DNA from: Corynebacterium amycolatum
Lineage (GTDB): Bacteria > Actinomycetota > Actinomycetes > Mycobacteriales > Mycobacteriaceae
Direction: 5' to 3' (one strand)
Length of the DNA: 32,000 nt
NCBI RefSeq assembly: GCF_049243625.1
Contig: NZ_CP046975.1
Below are positions 17,000 to 26,332 of this stretch, piece by piece. The notes under the pieces are model-generated. The model was not told the origin of the DNA and searched no databases. It saw only the letters and a list, made by a program, of their open reading frames with translations. The position numbers and the translations under genes are program-made. Every line of letters begins with the position of its first letter. Within the stretch, counting starts at the first letter, position 1.

Positions 17000-18013
17000 A
17001 TGACCACCGATTCACCCGCGCCTGTGCCCGCACAGCAGCCTCACGCACCACGGTCTGAGTCTTCCTCACCATCGCTTGACGACGGCCAGGAGAACGCATC
17101 CTCACCGAGCATGCTGCAACGTGTTCGCGCCGCTATCCCGCCTGTGTCCATCCTGGTACTGACGGCGGTATTCCTCTTCGCCGGGTGGTTCACGCTCTTC
17201 GGGCCTATCAATGTTCTGGCTTGGCGTGGTGGCACGTTCCCCCGCACCGAGGCAGACCGCCCCTACTATCAGCAGGCTCTGAAGGATGTTGCGCGCTATC
17301 AGTACGAGGAGCAGCCATCCCCTGAGGTTTACTTCGGCCTGGCGTGTGGCGCTACTGATGCCGACATCCGCAGCGTTATCCCCAAGGTCGGCGAGCACCC
17401 GAATTCAGACGCAGACCCAACCGCTGATGAAGATGCCGTCGCCGCCGCTGCTGCCACCAGGCCGGGTTCTGCACCTGCGGCTACGAACCAGACATCGAAG
17501 CTGAATCCAAACCTTGACGCATTCGGAGACACGGTCGACTGCTCCGGTTCCTGGACTGCGCCATTCTTGTCATTCCTGCTCGCATCCGCGGGTGTTCCGG
17601 TCTTTGATACGCCCGAGAATTCGGCTGCCAATAGTGCCACCGACAACAACAGCACAGAGCAGTACAACACTGCGCAGAACAGAACAGCGCAGAACAGCAC
17701 TGCCACAACCGAGAACCCATGGCTGGTTGCGGATGTCGAACAGCTCATGGATGCCTACAAGGCACATGATGCTTTCGTCACCGACAAGGACTTCTCTCCT
17801 CAGGTGGGTGACATCATTTTCTACCGCTACCCCGCAGGCCTTGGGGTGCACGCCAACATGGTTGTCGCGGTTCAGGGTGACTGGGTCACCATCGGTGGCG
17901 ATGAGCTTGGCAAGGTCGGTCTAGCTAGCATGACCTTGCGAAACCGAGGTGGCATCGTGGGCTACGGCGCCACGGGCTACTTCGAGCAAGCACCGCTGGA
18001 CGCCAGCAAATAG
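17000..18013 (+). CDS. membrane-anchored papain-fold cysteine peptidase-like protein (NlpC/P60- or CHAP-like)
   Basis: N-terminal TM (VSILVLTAVFLFAGWFTLF). DCSG nucleophile motif. Then ..VGDIIFY..GVHANMVVAV..DWVTIGGDELG, a GD-x-hydrophobic / His / T-I-G-G-D pattern. An Asn/Thr/Gln-rich insert lies between the Cys and His regions. Confidence 0.5.
   Translation: MTTDSPAPVPAQQPHAPRSESSSPSLDDGQENASSPSMLQRVRAAIPPVSILVLTAVFLFAGWFTLFGPINVLAWRGGTFPRTEADRPYYQQALKDVARYQYEEQPSPEVYFGLACGATDADIRSVIPKVGEHPNSDADPTADEDAVAAAAATRPGSAPAATNQTSKLNPNLDAFGDTVDCSGSWTAPFLSFLLASAGVPVFDTPENSAANSATDNNSTEQYNTAQNRTAQNSTATTENPWLVADVEQLMDAYKAHDAFVTDKDFSPQVGDIIFYRYPAGLGVHANMVVAVQGDWVTIGGDELGKVGLASMTLRNRGGIVGYGATGYFEQAPLDASK
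17672..17697 (+). repeat. 15-bp tandem repeat inside the CDS (GCGCAGAACAG core, two copies)
   Basis: GCGCAGAACAG occurs at 17672-17682 and 17687-17697. The copies encode AQNRT/AQNST within the low-complexity insert. Confidence 0.7.
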
Positions 18014-18019
18014 CCAAGT

Positions 18020-18511
18020 TTAAATAGGAAGATTTTCCTCGATGAGGTCGCGCAGAGCGTCGTCGTCAGGCGAAACCTTGGACCGGAAACGGCCGATGAC
18101 CTCCCCCTCGGGCGAGATAACAAACTTTTCGAAGTTCCACTTCACGTCCCCAGCCTCGCCGTCGGCGTCCGGGGTTTCCTTCAGCAGCTTGTAGAGTGGG
18201 TGAGCGCTGTCGCCGTTGACCTCCGTCTTTTGGAAGAGCGGGAAGGTAACGCCGAATTCGCGCTGGCAGAACTGCTTGATTTCCTCGGCACTGCCGGGCT
18301 CTTGCCCGCCGAACTGGTTGCAGGGGAAGCCGAGGACGAAGAAGCCTCGGGGTGCGAGTTCGTCGAAAAGTCCTTGCAGATCGTCGTACTGATCCGTGAA
18401 ACCGCACTCCGAGGCAGTGTTGACGATAAGCAGAACGTGGCCTGCCCAGTCGCTCATCGTTACTTCGTTGCCGTCGATGGTGGTCACTGGGATGTCGAAG
18501 AGATTGCTCAT
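18020..18511 (-). CDS. gpx: glutathione peroxidase family protein (Cys-type)
   Basis: VNTASECGFT active site (Cys, not Sec), LGFPCNQFGGQEPG, and WNFEKF. ATG 18511 is preferred over GTG 18520. Confidence 0.9.
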   Translation of the reverse strand: MSNLFDIPVTTIDGNEVTMSDWAGHVLLIVNTASECGFTDQYDDLQGLFDELAPRGFFVLGFPCNQFGGQEPGSAEEIKQFCQREFGVTFPLFQKTEVNGDSAHPLYKLLKETPDADGEAGDVKWNFEKFVISPEGEVIGRFRSKVSPDDDALRDLIEENLPI

Positions 18512-18557
18512 AAACCCCACACTAGGGCAGTCCCACGATAGCCGTCAGAGGTGACGA

Positions 18558-19367
18558 CTAGCCGACCTGCTCCATGCCTTCAAAGAACTCGCGGCCCAGC
18601 GGCACCGAAGAGTGGTTGACCGGCTGCGCACCCCCATCGACCGCCTGGTCAATGATGCCGACAACATCCTGGCGCAGCTTGTGCTCCCGCAGTTTCGAAG
18701 CGTTAACGGAGATACGCACCGCGCGGCCCTTCTCCAGCGAGCGCTGCACTGAGGAGCGCACCGCGCGGCGCCACCAACCGGCGCCGCCGAAGCCCTCGCC
18801 GATAGCCAGCACGCGAGTTGGATCAACAGCACCAGTGATCAGGTCGCGGACCCCATTTCGGTCCGCTGCAACACGGAAGCCCAGCTCCGGCAACACGTTC
18901 ATGGTCTCTGGCGACATGGTCCACTTCGGCGGTGCAAAGACATCCGTCTCAAAACCCATCGCACGCATCTGGCGCGTTGCGGCAATCAGGCGCAAGCGCG
19001 CTTCATGTTCGCTCAACGACGCAAATTCCGCGCCTCGGCCTCGAACCGACTGATCGAACCCCGCGAGAACAATCTCGATGCCGTCATCGCTACGACGGCG
19101 GAGCCAATCCAGCACCGCCGGAGCTTCCCGCAACGACCAGTTCTTACCCGCATGCGGCGCTACCAGCAGAGACGGCGTAATGCCGCGCTGTTCCATCGCT
19201 GCCACGAAACGAGCGACATCGAGCAATGTGCCGTCGCGCAAACCCGACACCGACACCAAAAGCGGCGAACCGACCACACCACCGTCAACAGTTACGAGCT
19301 CTTTGCCCGCTGGACGAACGACCTGGTCTGTCGTCCGAATCTGTTCTTGCACCCCACTGCCTGCCAT
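18558..19367 (-). CDS. DUF2334-like (polysaccharide deacetylase-like) protein
   Basis: 269-aa ORF with the overall DUF2334 pattern (LLVSVSGL.., ..LVAPH.., ..HG(F)..FAPP.W.MS..). The assignment comes from sequence resemblance only. Confidence 0.45.
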   Translation of the reverse strand: MAGSGVQEQIRTTDQVVRPAGKELVTVDGGVVGSPLLVSVSGLRDGTLLDVARFVAAMEQRGITPSLLVAPHAGKNWSLREAPAVLDWLRRRSDDGIEIVLAGFDQSVRGRGAEFASLSEHEARLRLIAATRQMRAMGFETDVFAPPKWTMSPETMNVLPELGFRVAADRNGVRDLITGAVDPTRVLAIGEGFGGAGWWRRAVRSSVQRSLEKGRAVRISVNASKLREHKLRQDVVGIIDQAVDGGAQPVNHSSVPLGREFFEGMEQVG

Positions 19368-19459
19368 GGATTCAACAAAAACAGGCGTATGTAAATTTTT
19401 GGTAACGGAGAGGACAAAGCTTGGAGAATACTCAGAGGCCTTTCAAGTAAGAGTTCAGA

Positions 19460-20131
19460 TTATCCCCAGTGCACAACCTCATCGAGCGCCAAACCCTTGC
19501 GCCAACCAAACTTCTCCAAGTCACGCTCCGCGGCCAGGTGCGTTACCGGACCAATGCACAGCCAGGCCACCGGCCGCACGGGCGCCTCGACACCGACAAA
19601 GTTGGCCAGGAAATCCTCATGGTAGAAACTGACCCAACCGACGCCGAGCCCCTCTGCCGTAGCAGCCAGCCACAGATTCTGAATAGCCAGCGCGACTGAC
19701 ATTAACCCGGTGTCATCGACGGTGTCGCGGCCGAGAATGTTCTTGCCGCCACGGGTCGGGTCATAAGTGACGACGATGCCCGTTCTCGAGTCCACAATTC
19801 CTTCAATCTGAATCGGATTGAAAGTCTCGCGCCGCTCGCCTTCGAGTTTGGCTGCGAATTCAGCGCGGCGTCCGGCTACATGGTCGGCAAACTGCTGCAG
19901 GCGAGCCGAATCCTGAATGATGTGAAAGTCCCATGGTTGGGACAGCCCCACCGAAGGAGCGGCGTGAGCGGCCGCCAACACGCGCATCAATCGCTCCCTG
20001 TCCAACTTTTCTCCGGCGAATTCGCGGCGGACATCCCGCCGCCGAAAAAGCGTGTGGTAGACGGCCAACTGATCGTCGGAAAGCGAATCGGTGTCAAAAC
20101 CCTGCGCGGACAGCAGCGTGCGCATATCCAT
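19460..20131 (-). CDS. bluB: 5,6-dimethylbenzimidazole synthase (BluB-type flavin destructase, nitroreductase fold)
   Basis: Block-wise match to BluB as I remember it from S. meliloti: RRDVRREF, AAHAAPSVGLSQPWDF, IEGI, TRGGKNILGR, AIQNLWLAATAEGLGVGWVS, VAWLCIGP, FGWR. ATG 20131 has GGAG 8 nt upstream and lies 4 nt after the ptrB stop. Confidence 0.82.
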   Translation of the reverse strand: MDMRTLLSAQGFDTDSLSDDQLAVYHTLFRRRDVRREFAGEKLDRERLMRVLAAAHAAPSVGLSQPWDFHIIQDSARLQQFADHVAGRRAEFAAKLEGERRETFNPIQIEGIVDSRTGIVVTYDPTRGGKNILGRDTVDDTGLMSVALAIQNLWLAATAEGLGVGWVSFYHEDFLANFVGVEAPVRPVAWLCIGPVTHLAAERDLEKFGWRKGLALDEVVHWG

Positions 20132-20135
20132 GCCG

Positions 20136-22364
20136 TTACTCCACCGCACCAGCAGTGTGGACAATCCAGGCATACTCGAAGGCAGTCTGACGCCAGCGTT
20201 CGTAACGGCCGGAAACACCACCGTGACCAGCGGACATCTCGGTCTTGAGCAGGAACTGGCCCGGCTCGCCGCCGACAACTTCGCGCAGCTTGGCGATCCA
20301 CTTTGCCGGCTCCACGTAGAGCACGCGAGTGTCGTTCAAACTAGTAATCGCGAGAATCTTCGGGTACTTCACATCGGCCGAGATGTTCTCGTACGGCGCG
20401 TAGGAGGCCATGTAGTCGTAGACCTCCGGGTCGTGGTACGGATCGCCCCACTCATCCCACTCCACCACGGTCAGCGGCAGCTCTGGCATCAGCATGGACG
20501 TCAGGCAGTCGACAAACGGGACCACGGCCTGAATGCCCGCGAACCTATCGCCAGCAATGTTTGCGACCACACCCATCAGCATGCCGCCCGCTGAACCGCC
20601 GAGCGCTGCCAACTGCTGGCGCGTGGTCCAACCAGAATCCAGCAGGTAGTCAGCGACGGCGACGAAGTCAGTGAATGTGTTCTTCTTCGTGGTTGCGCGA
20701 CCGTTCTCCCACCAGCCACGACCCATCTCGCCGCCACCGCGGACGTGTGCAATGACAAAGATCATCCCACGATCCAGCAGCGACAGCCGGGCGATGGAAA
20801 AGCCCGGATCCATCGAGGATTCGTAGGAACCGTAGCCGTAGAGCAGCATCGGATTCGGCGCATCCAAATCCAAATCCGCGCGGTGAATAATCGACACCGG
20901 AATCTGGGCACCATCGCTTGCACTCACCCATTCACGCTTGGCGACGTAATCACCGCGATTAAACTCCCCGCGAATCTTCTGCTCCTTGAGCAGCACCCGC
21001 TTGCCCGAGGCAATATCAATCTGCCAGAGCTGCGACGGCGTGGTGAAGGAGCCGTAGGCGTAGCGCAACACCGGGGTGTCCCATTCAGCGTTGCCGGTAG
21101 TGCCTGCGGAGTAGAGCTCTTCGTCGAATTCGAGCTCGACGAAGTTCACAGCGGACGCTGGCACTGGGTCGGCAGCATCGCCCGTCTCAGCGGAGCCAGC
21201 ACCATCCTCGTCCTGCGCCAATACCGCCAGCGCCACACGACCAATACCGCCGCGACGGTACCCAAACGCGATGTGCCCAGCGAAGCAGTCAACGCCCTCA
21301 ACACGGACGTCATCGCGGTGAGCAACCAGCTCAGTGAGATCCAAAATACTGTCGAAAGACCCCACCGGCACCATGGCCAGTGCGAAGTTCGAGCCAGTTA
21401 TATTGTGTGTAATCAGCCACATATCCTGGCCGCTAATGACGGCGTGATCGATGTCGTATTCAACACCGGACTCGCGCGGGCGCACGCAGGTGAACTCACT
21501 GGCCGGGTCACTGGCGTCCAGGTACCAGACCTCAGAGGTAATCTTCGAGGAGCTCTCAATAATCAGGTACTTTTCGCTGCGTACCGTACCGACTCCGACC
21601 CAGTAGGCCTCATCGGGCTCATGGAAGACACAGACGTCGTCCTCGGTAGAGGTGCCTACGCGGTGACGCCACACGGAATCCGGCCGCCAGGCTTCGTCGA
21701 CCTTCTGATAGAAGATCCATTCCGAGCCAACCCAGGTAGCACCTGCGGCGATGCCCGCAATTTCGTCGTCAAGCAGTTCGCCCGTGCGCAAATCCTTTAC
21801 GCGCAGCGTGTAGCGCTCGTCGCCTGTGACGTCGGTGGAGTAGGCCAGCAGATTGCCGTCCGCGGAGACGCTCGCTGCGCCGAGGGCGAAGAAGTCGTGG
21901 CCTTCGGCCAGCTCGTTGGCATCCAGGATGACCTGTTCTCCTGGCGCCGGAGAGTCGTCCGCAATGGTCGGCGGAGTCCACGCGGCAAGACCGTCACCGG
22001 CCTCCGCACGCACGCGACAGCTCATCCCGTAAGACTTGCCCTCCTGCGTGCGTGAGTAGTACCACCAGCCATTAAGGCGAGTTGGGACCGACATGTCGGT
22101 CTCCTGCACGCGCGACTTGATTTCCTTAAAAATCGCGTCCGCGGTGCCATCAAGATCGGAGGTAAAAGCCTCCGTATAGGCATTTTCAGCCTCTAGGTAT
22201 TCGATAACCTCGGGGTTTTCCTTATCGCGGAGCCACTCGAAGTTATCGGTGAAGTCCCTTCCGTGGAAGGACCGAGTCACCGGCTTCCGTTGTGCACGGG
22301 GTGCGGGCAAATCCTTTTTTGCAGGCCTGCCGACGGATGCCGAGTCCAAGGTCACTTCGCTCAC
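20136..22364 (-). CDS. ptrB: oligopeptidase B (S9A prolyl oligopeptidase family)
   Basis: N-terminal beta-propeller region plus a C-terminal alpha/beta hydrolase domain. Nucleophile elbow GGSAGGML and catalytic His context MSAGHGG. The GTG start overlaps the purC TGA (GTGA). Confidence 0.9.
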   Translation of the reverse strand: MSEVTLDSASVGRPAKKDLPAPRAQRKPVTRSFHGRDFTDNFEWLRDKENPEVIEYLEAENAYTEAFTSDLDGTADAIFKEIKSRVQETDMSVPTRLNGWWYYSRTQEGKSYGMSCRVRAEAGDGLAAWTPPTIADDSPAPGEQVILDANELAEGHDFFALGAASVSADGNLLAYSTDVTGDERYTLRVKDLRTGELLDDEIAGIAAGATWVGSEWIFYQKVDEAWRPDSVWRHRVGTSTEDDVCVFHEPDEAYWVGVGTVRSEKYLIIESSSKITSEVWYLDASDPASEFTCVRPRESGVEYDIDHAVISGQDMWLITHNITGSNFALAMVPVGSFDSILDLTELVAHRDDVRVEGVDCFAGHIAFGYRRGGIGRVALAVLAQDEDGAGSAETGDAADPVPASAVNFVELEFDEELYSAGTTGNAEWDTPVLRYAYGSFTTPSQLWQIDIASGKRVLLKEQKIRGEFNRGDYVAKREWVSASDGAQIPVSIIHRADLDLDAPNPMLLYGYGSYESSMDPGFSIARLSLLDRGMIFVIAHVRGGGEMGRGWWENGRATTKKNTFTDFVAVADYLLDSGWTTRQQLAALGGSAGGMLMGVVANIAGDRFAGIQAVVPFVDCLTSMLMPELPLTVVEWDEWGDPYHDPEVYDYMASYAPYENISADVKYPKILAITSLNDTRVLYVEPAKWIAKLREVVGGEPGQFLLKTEMSAGHGGVSGRYERWRQTAFEYAWIVHTAGAVE

Positions 22365-23254
22365 GCAGGTTCTCCAATCCAGTCCGAGAAGCGGCGGCCT
22401 GACAGTCGTTCGTAGGCCTCGACGTACCGCTCGCGAGTTGCTTCCACAACACTACCTGGCAGCGCCGGCGGCGGAGTGCCCTCGTCCTTCTTCCAGCCGG
22501 ACTTGGAGCAGGTCAGCCAGTTTCGGACGTACTGCTTGTCGAAGCTCGGGTTAACCGAACCCTCCTGGTAGGAGTCGGCTGGCCAGTAGCGGGAGGAGTC
22601 CGGGGTGAGAACCTCGTCGGCCAGCACCAGGTTGCCGTCGGAGTCGAGACCGAACTCGAACTTGGTGTCGGCCAGGATGATGCCGCGCTTAGCAGCCAGC
22701 TCAGCAGCCTGGGTGTAGATACGCAGGGTGGCATCGCGCAGTTCTTCGGCACGCTTCTGCCCCAGGGACTCCACAACGGCGTCGAAGGAGACATTCTCGT
22801 CGTGCTCGCCCAGTTCGGCCTTGGTGGCCGGGGTGAAAATCGGTTCTGGCAGCTTGGAGCCCTCGACGAGGCCCTCTGGCAGCTCAATGCCACAGACAGT
22901 GCCGTTTTCCTTGTACTCGACGAGACCCGAGCCGGTCAGGTAGCCACGTGCGACACACTCGAATGGCAGCATGTCCAGCTTCTTGCACACCAGCGCACGG
23001 CCGAGGCACTCTTCCGGAATGCGCTCATCGTCAGCCGGGCCAGCCATATGGTTCGGAAAGTCGATCTCGTCGAAGAAGAACACGCTCATCGCGGTGAGCA
23101 CTCGACCCTTGTCAGGAATCGGGGTCTCCAGAATGTGGTCGAAGGCAGAAATACGGTCACTGACCACAAGCAGCAGAGTCTCAGGGTCAATCTCGTAGAT
23201 TTCCCGGACCTTGCCCGCGGAAAGATGGTTATACGAGGAAAGTTCAGGTCGCAT
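22361..23254 (-). CDS. purC: phosphoribosylaminoimidazole-succinocarboxamide synthase
   Basis: Long-form SAICAR synthetase: ..GKVREIY.., ..SDRISAFD.., ..LADTKFEFG... Confidence 0.95.
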   Translation of the reverse strand: MRPELSSYNHLSAGKVREIYEIDPETLLLVVSDRISAFDHILETPIPDKGRVLTAMSVFFFDEIDFPNHMAGPADDERIPEECLGRALVCKKLDMLPFECVARGYLTGSGLVEYKENGTVCGIELPEGLVEGSKLPEPIFTPATKAELGEHDENVSFDAVVESLGQKRAEELRDATLRIYTQAAELAAKRGIILADTKFEFGLDSDGNLVLADEVLTPDSSRYWPADSYQEGSVNPSFDKQYVRNWLTCSKSGWKKDEGTPPPALPGSVVEATRERYVEAYERLSGRRFSDWIGEPA

Positions 23255-23498
23255 GGCGATAAAGTCTAAACCCCTATACGCCTTTGCACTCTATTGATAC
23301 CTCCGGCCGCCACCCCAACTAGTGGGGATTGACGCAATTACCGTCGTCAAGCGGGAAAAATTTTGAGATTCCGGACTGCTGCCCATCGAATTTTTCACAG
23401 GTGGACGACGGTGTTTACCCCTCACCTCCCCCGCTCGGTAGATGACCGGGCAAAAATATTTCTAAAAACGTGACAGAAAACACCGATACCAGTATTGT

Positions 23499-23508
23499 CT
23501 AAATTTAG
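23499..23508. promoter_or_regulatory. AT-rich perfect palindrome CTAAATTTAG upstream of the thiolase operon (candidate operator)
   Basis: 10-bp perfect palindrome 43 bp upstream of ATG 23551, in the 296-bp divergent purC/fadA2-like spacer. Confidence 0.3.
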
Positions 23509-23550
23509 TAATTCACGTCACACTTCAAGGATTTTGAAGGGAACAATCAC

Positions 23551-24873
23551 ATGGCAGCTCAGGCCAACAATAACTCTCTGCGCCGCGCGGTCGTCGTCGG
23601 CGGTAACCGCATTCCGTTCGCTCGTTCTAATAAGGAATACGCTAACGAGTCGAACCAGGACATGCTGACCGCTGCAATCGACGGTCTCGTCGCCCGCTTC
23701 GGTATCGGCGGCGAACGCCTCGGTGCAGTCTCCGCCGGCGCTGTGCTGAAGCACTCCCGTGACTTTAACCTCACCCGTGAGTGTGTCCTCGGCTCCGCAC
23801 TGGCGCCGGACACCCCGGCTTTCGACATTCAGATGGCATGTGCCACCGGCATGGAGGCCCTCAACTCTGTCTCCAACATGATTAAGCTGGGCCAGATTGA
23901 CTCCGCTATCGCCGGCGGTGTGGACACCACCTCCGACGCTCCGATTGCTGTCAACGACCGTCTGCGCAAGATCCTGCTGGAGGCCAGCCGCCAGAAGTCC
24001 ACTCTGGACATGGCAAAGGTCTTCCTGAAGACCCGTCCGTCCGACCTGGCTCCGGATACTCCGTCGACCGGCGAGCCCCGCACTGGCCTGTCCATGGGTG
24101 AACACCAGGCCATCACCACCGCCAAGTGGGGCGTTACCCGAGCTGAGCAGGATGAGCTCGCCGCCGCTTCCCACCAAAACATGGCAAACGCTTACGACGA
24201 GGGCTTCTTCACTGACCTCGTCACCCCGTACAAGGGCGTTTCCCGTGACACCAACATGCGCCCGGACTCCACCCCGGAGAAGCTGGCCAAGCTCAAGCCG
24301 GTCTTCGGCCGCGGCCTGGAAGCAGAGCCGACCATGACCGCCGGTAACTCCACTCCGCTTACCGACGGCGCCTCTGCCGTCCTCGTCTCCACCCCGGAGT
24401 GGGCCGCTGAGCGCGGTCTGCCGGTGCTTGCCGACGTCGTCGATTCCGAGGCAGCCGCAGTTGACTTTGTCCACGGCGACGAGGGTCTGCTGATGGCTCC
24501 GGCTTACGCCACCCCGCGCCTGCTGGCCCGCAACGGCTGGACCTTCGACGACTTCGACTTCTTCGAGATCCACGAGGCTTTCGCCGGCACCGTCCTGTCC
24601 ACCATGAAGGCATGGGAGGACGAGGAGTTCTGCCGCACCAAGCTTGGACTGGAAGGCCCGCTGGGCTCCATCCCGCGCGAGAAGCTCAACGTCAAGGGCT
24701 CTTCCCTGGCAGCCGGCCACCCATTCGCCGCTACCGGCGGCCGCATTGTGGCAGCCCTCGCCAAGATGCTGCGCCAGAAGGCAGACGAGACCGGCAAGAC
24801 CACTCGCGGCCTGATCTCCGTCTGTGCCGCGGGCGGCCAGGGTGTTGTCGCAGTTCTCGAGGCTCGCGTCTAA
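23551..24873 (+). CDS. acetyl-CoA C-acyltransferase (thiolase), FadA2-like
   Basis: Thiolase motifs: active-site Cys context QMACATGMEA, NSTPLTDGASA, GHPFAATGGR, and C-terminal CAAGGQG. 440 aa. Ribosome-binding site GAAGGGA. Confidence 0.9.
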   Translation: MAAQANNNSLRRAVVVGGNRIPFARSNKEYANESNQDMLTAAIDGLVARFGIGGERLGAVSAGAVLKHSRDFNLTRECVLGSALAPDTPAFDIQMACATGMEALNSVSNMIKLGQIDSAIAGGVDTTSDAPIAVNDRLRKILLEASRQKSTLDMAKVFLKTRPSDLAPDTPSTGEPRTGLSMGEHQAITTAKWGVTRAEQDELAAASHQNMANAYDEGFFTDLVTPYKGVSRDTNMRPDSTPEKLAKLKPVFGRGLEAEPTMTAGNSTPLTDGASAVLVSTPEWAAERGLPVLADVVDSEAAAVDFVHGDEGLLMAPAYATPRLLARNGWTFDDFDFFEIHEAFAGTVLSTMKAWEDEEFCRTKLGLEGPLGSIPREKLNVKGSSLAAGHPFAATGGRIVAALAKMLRQKADETGKTTRGLISVCAAGGQGVVAVLEARV

Positions 24874-24920
24874 AAGCGCACCACCGATAAAGACACTTTT
24901 ACTTTCAAGGAGAATTTTCC

Positions 24921-26279
24921 ATGACCGATAAGTACCAGGAACTCGTCAACGGTGGTCCGCTCACTGGACTGGCTAAAGCAGCTGGCCTGCCACAGCCACC
25001 GTTCCTGCGCCGCCACAAGCCGGGCGGTCCGCTGCTGAACAACGACAAGGTGCTCGTCACCGGCGAGGGTGCAGATGCAGACGCAGTTGCAGCTCAGCTG
25101 ACAGAGTGGGGCCTGCAAGTTCGTCGTGGCAACGCCGCTGACGACAAGATTGGTGCCATTGTCCTCGTCGCCACCGAGGCTAAGCGCCCGTCAGAGCTGC
25201 AGGGCCCAGTGCTCGCTGCTGCAAAGCACATGCGCAAGCTGGACAAGGGTGGCCGCATCGTCACCGTCTCCCGCGCCAAGGATGCTCACCACAACGCAAC
25301 TCCGGCCGAGATTGCTGAGAACGCTGTCGCCGGTGGTATCGAGGGCCTGATTCGCTCCCTCGGCCACGAGGTTCGTGGCGGCTCCACCGCTAACGGCATC
25401 CTCGTTGCTCCGGGTGTCTCGGTCACCGCCCCGTCCGTGATTTCCTCCCTGCACTTCTTCCTCTCCGGCCGCTCGGCCTTCATCGACGGCCAGTTCCTCC
25501 GCGTCTCCTCCGACGCTGGTGAGATCCCAGCTGACTGGGATAAGCCGCTGGCTGGCAAGGTTGCCGCTGTCACCGGTTCCGCCCGTGGTATCGGTGCCGC
25601 TATCGCTCGTCAGCTCAAGGCTGACGGCGCAGAGGTCATCGTCATCGACGTTCCGCAGGCTGGCGAGGCGCTGTCCAAGGTTGCCAACGAGCTCGGTGGC
25701 CTGGCTCTGCAGCAGGACATCACTGCCGACGACGCCGGCAACGCCATTGCCGATGCTGCTGTGGCCCGCTACGGCCGCCTGGACATCGTCATCCACAACG
25801 CAGGTATCACCCGCGACAAGATGTTCGCCAACATGGACGACGCCAAGTGGGGCTCGGTCATCGCCGTCAACATCGAGGCTCAGCTGAAGATGAACGAGCA
25901 GCTGCTGAACCACAAGGCCTTCGAGAAGGCTCCGCGTATTGCCACCATGGCTTCCACCTCCGGTATCGCAGGTAACCGCGGTCAGACCAACTACGCCACC
26001 TCCAAGGCCGGTGTTATCGCAATGGTCGAGGCTTACGCTGAGGAGTTCGCTAAGCGCGGCGGCAACATCAACGCTGTTGCTCCGGGCTTCATCGAGACCG
26101 ACATGACCGCTGCTATTCCGTTCGTCAACCGCCAGGTTGCTCGACGCGTGAACTCGCTGCAGCAGGGCGGCCAGCCGGGCGATGTCGCCCAGGCAATCGC
26201 CTTCCTGGTCTCCGACCGCGCGCTCGGTGTCAATGGCCACGTCCTGCGCGTCTGTGGTCAGAACATCGTCGGCGCCTAA
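24921..26279 (+). CDS. high-molecular-weight 3-oxoacyl-thioester reductase, FabG4-like (N-terminal non-catalytic domain plus SDR)
   Basis: The C-terminal SDR carries TGSARGIGAAIA, NAGIT and the S...YATSKAG catalytic set. About 200 extra N-terminal residues, as in FabG4. Ribosome-binding site AAGGAG. Confidence 0.85.
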   Translation: MTDKYQELVNGGPLTGLAKAAGLPQPPFLRRHKPGGPLLNNDKVLVTGEGADADAVAAQLTEWGLQVRRGNAADDKIGAIVLVATEAKRPSELQGPVLAAAKHMRKLDKGGRIVTVSRAKDAHHNATPAEIAENAVAGGIEGLIRSLGHEVRGGSTANGILVAPGVSVTAPSVISSLHFFLSGRSAFIDGQFLRVSSDAGEIPADWDKPLAGKVAAVTGSARGIGAAIARQLKADGAEVIVIDVPQAGEALSKVANELGGLALQQDITADDAGNAIADAAVARYGRLDIVIHNAGITRDKMFANMDDAKWGSVIAVNIEAQLKMNEQLLNHKAFEKAPRIATMASTSGIAGNRGQTNYATSKAGVIAMVEAYAEEFAKRGGNINAVAPGFIETDMTAAIPFVNRQVARRVNSLQQGGQPGDVAQAIAFLVSDRALGVNGHVLRVCGQNIVGA

Positions 26280-26332
26280 GCGAAGTCGTGACTTCCGCAT
26301 AGGCTCCCGATAAGGAGGAAAGAGGAAAACTT

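Noticed and set aside
18380-18420. Possible selenocysteine in the glutathione peroxidase active site
   Set aside because: The active-site codon translates as Cys (ASECGFT) in an uninterrupted frame. There is no in-frame TGA and no need for a SECIS element.
18501-18530. Additional copy of the GTTTATG repeat family at the gpx start (CTAGTGTGGGGTTTATGAG on the minus strand)
   Set aside because: The similarity is limited to GGTTTATGA, which includes the gpx ATG itself. The spacing to the AGTG part differs by 1 nt, so it is probably coincidental.
20745-22055. 436-aa plus-strand ORF antisense to ptrB; also 11941-12843, 12588-13676 and 13974-14618 antisense to purM/purF, and 30712-31581 antisense to the VWA gene
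   Set aside because: All lie inside strongly supported genes on the opposite strand and carry no recognisable domains.
23518-24720. 400-aa minus-strand ORF antisense to the thiolase gene
   Set aside because: It is a Gly/Ala/Val/Arg-rich mirror frame of a strongly supported thiolase CDS. It has no ribosome-binding site and no motif.
25191-26300. 369-aa minus-strand ORF antisense to the fabG4-like gene, and the 287-aa ORF 26546-27409 antisense to the htdX-like gene
   Set aside because: Both are mirror frames of CDSs with clear SDR and MaoC motifs. Their composition is typical of GC-driven open antisense frames.
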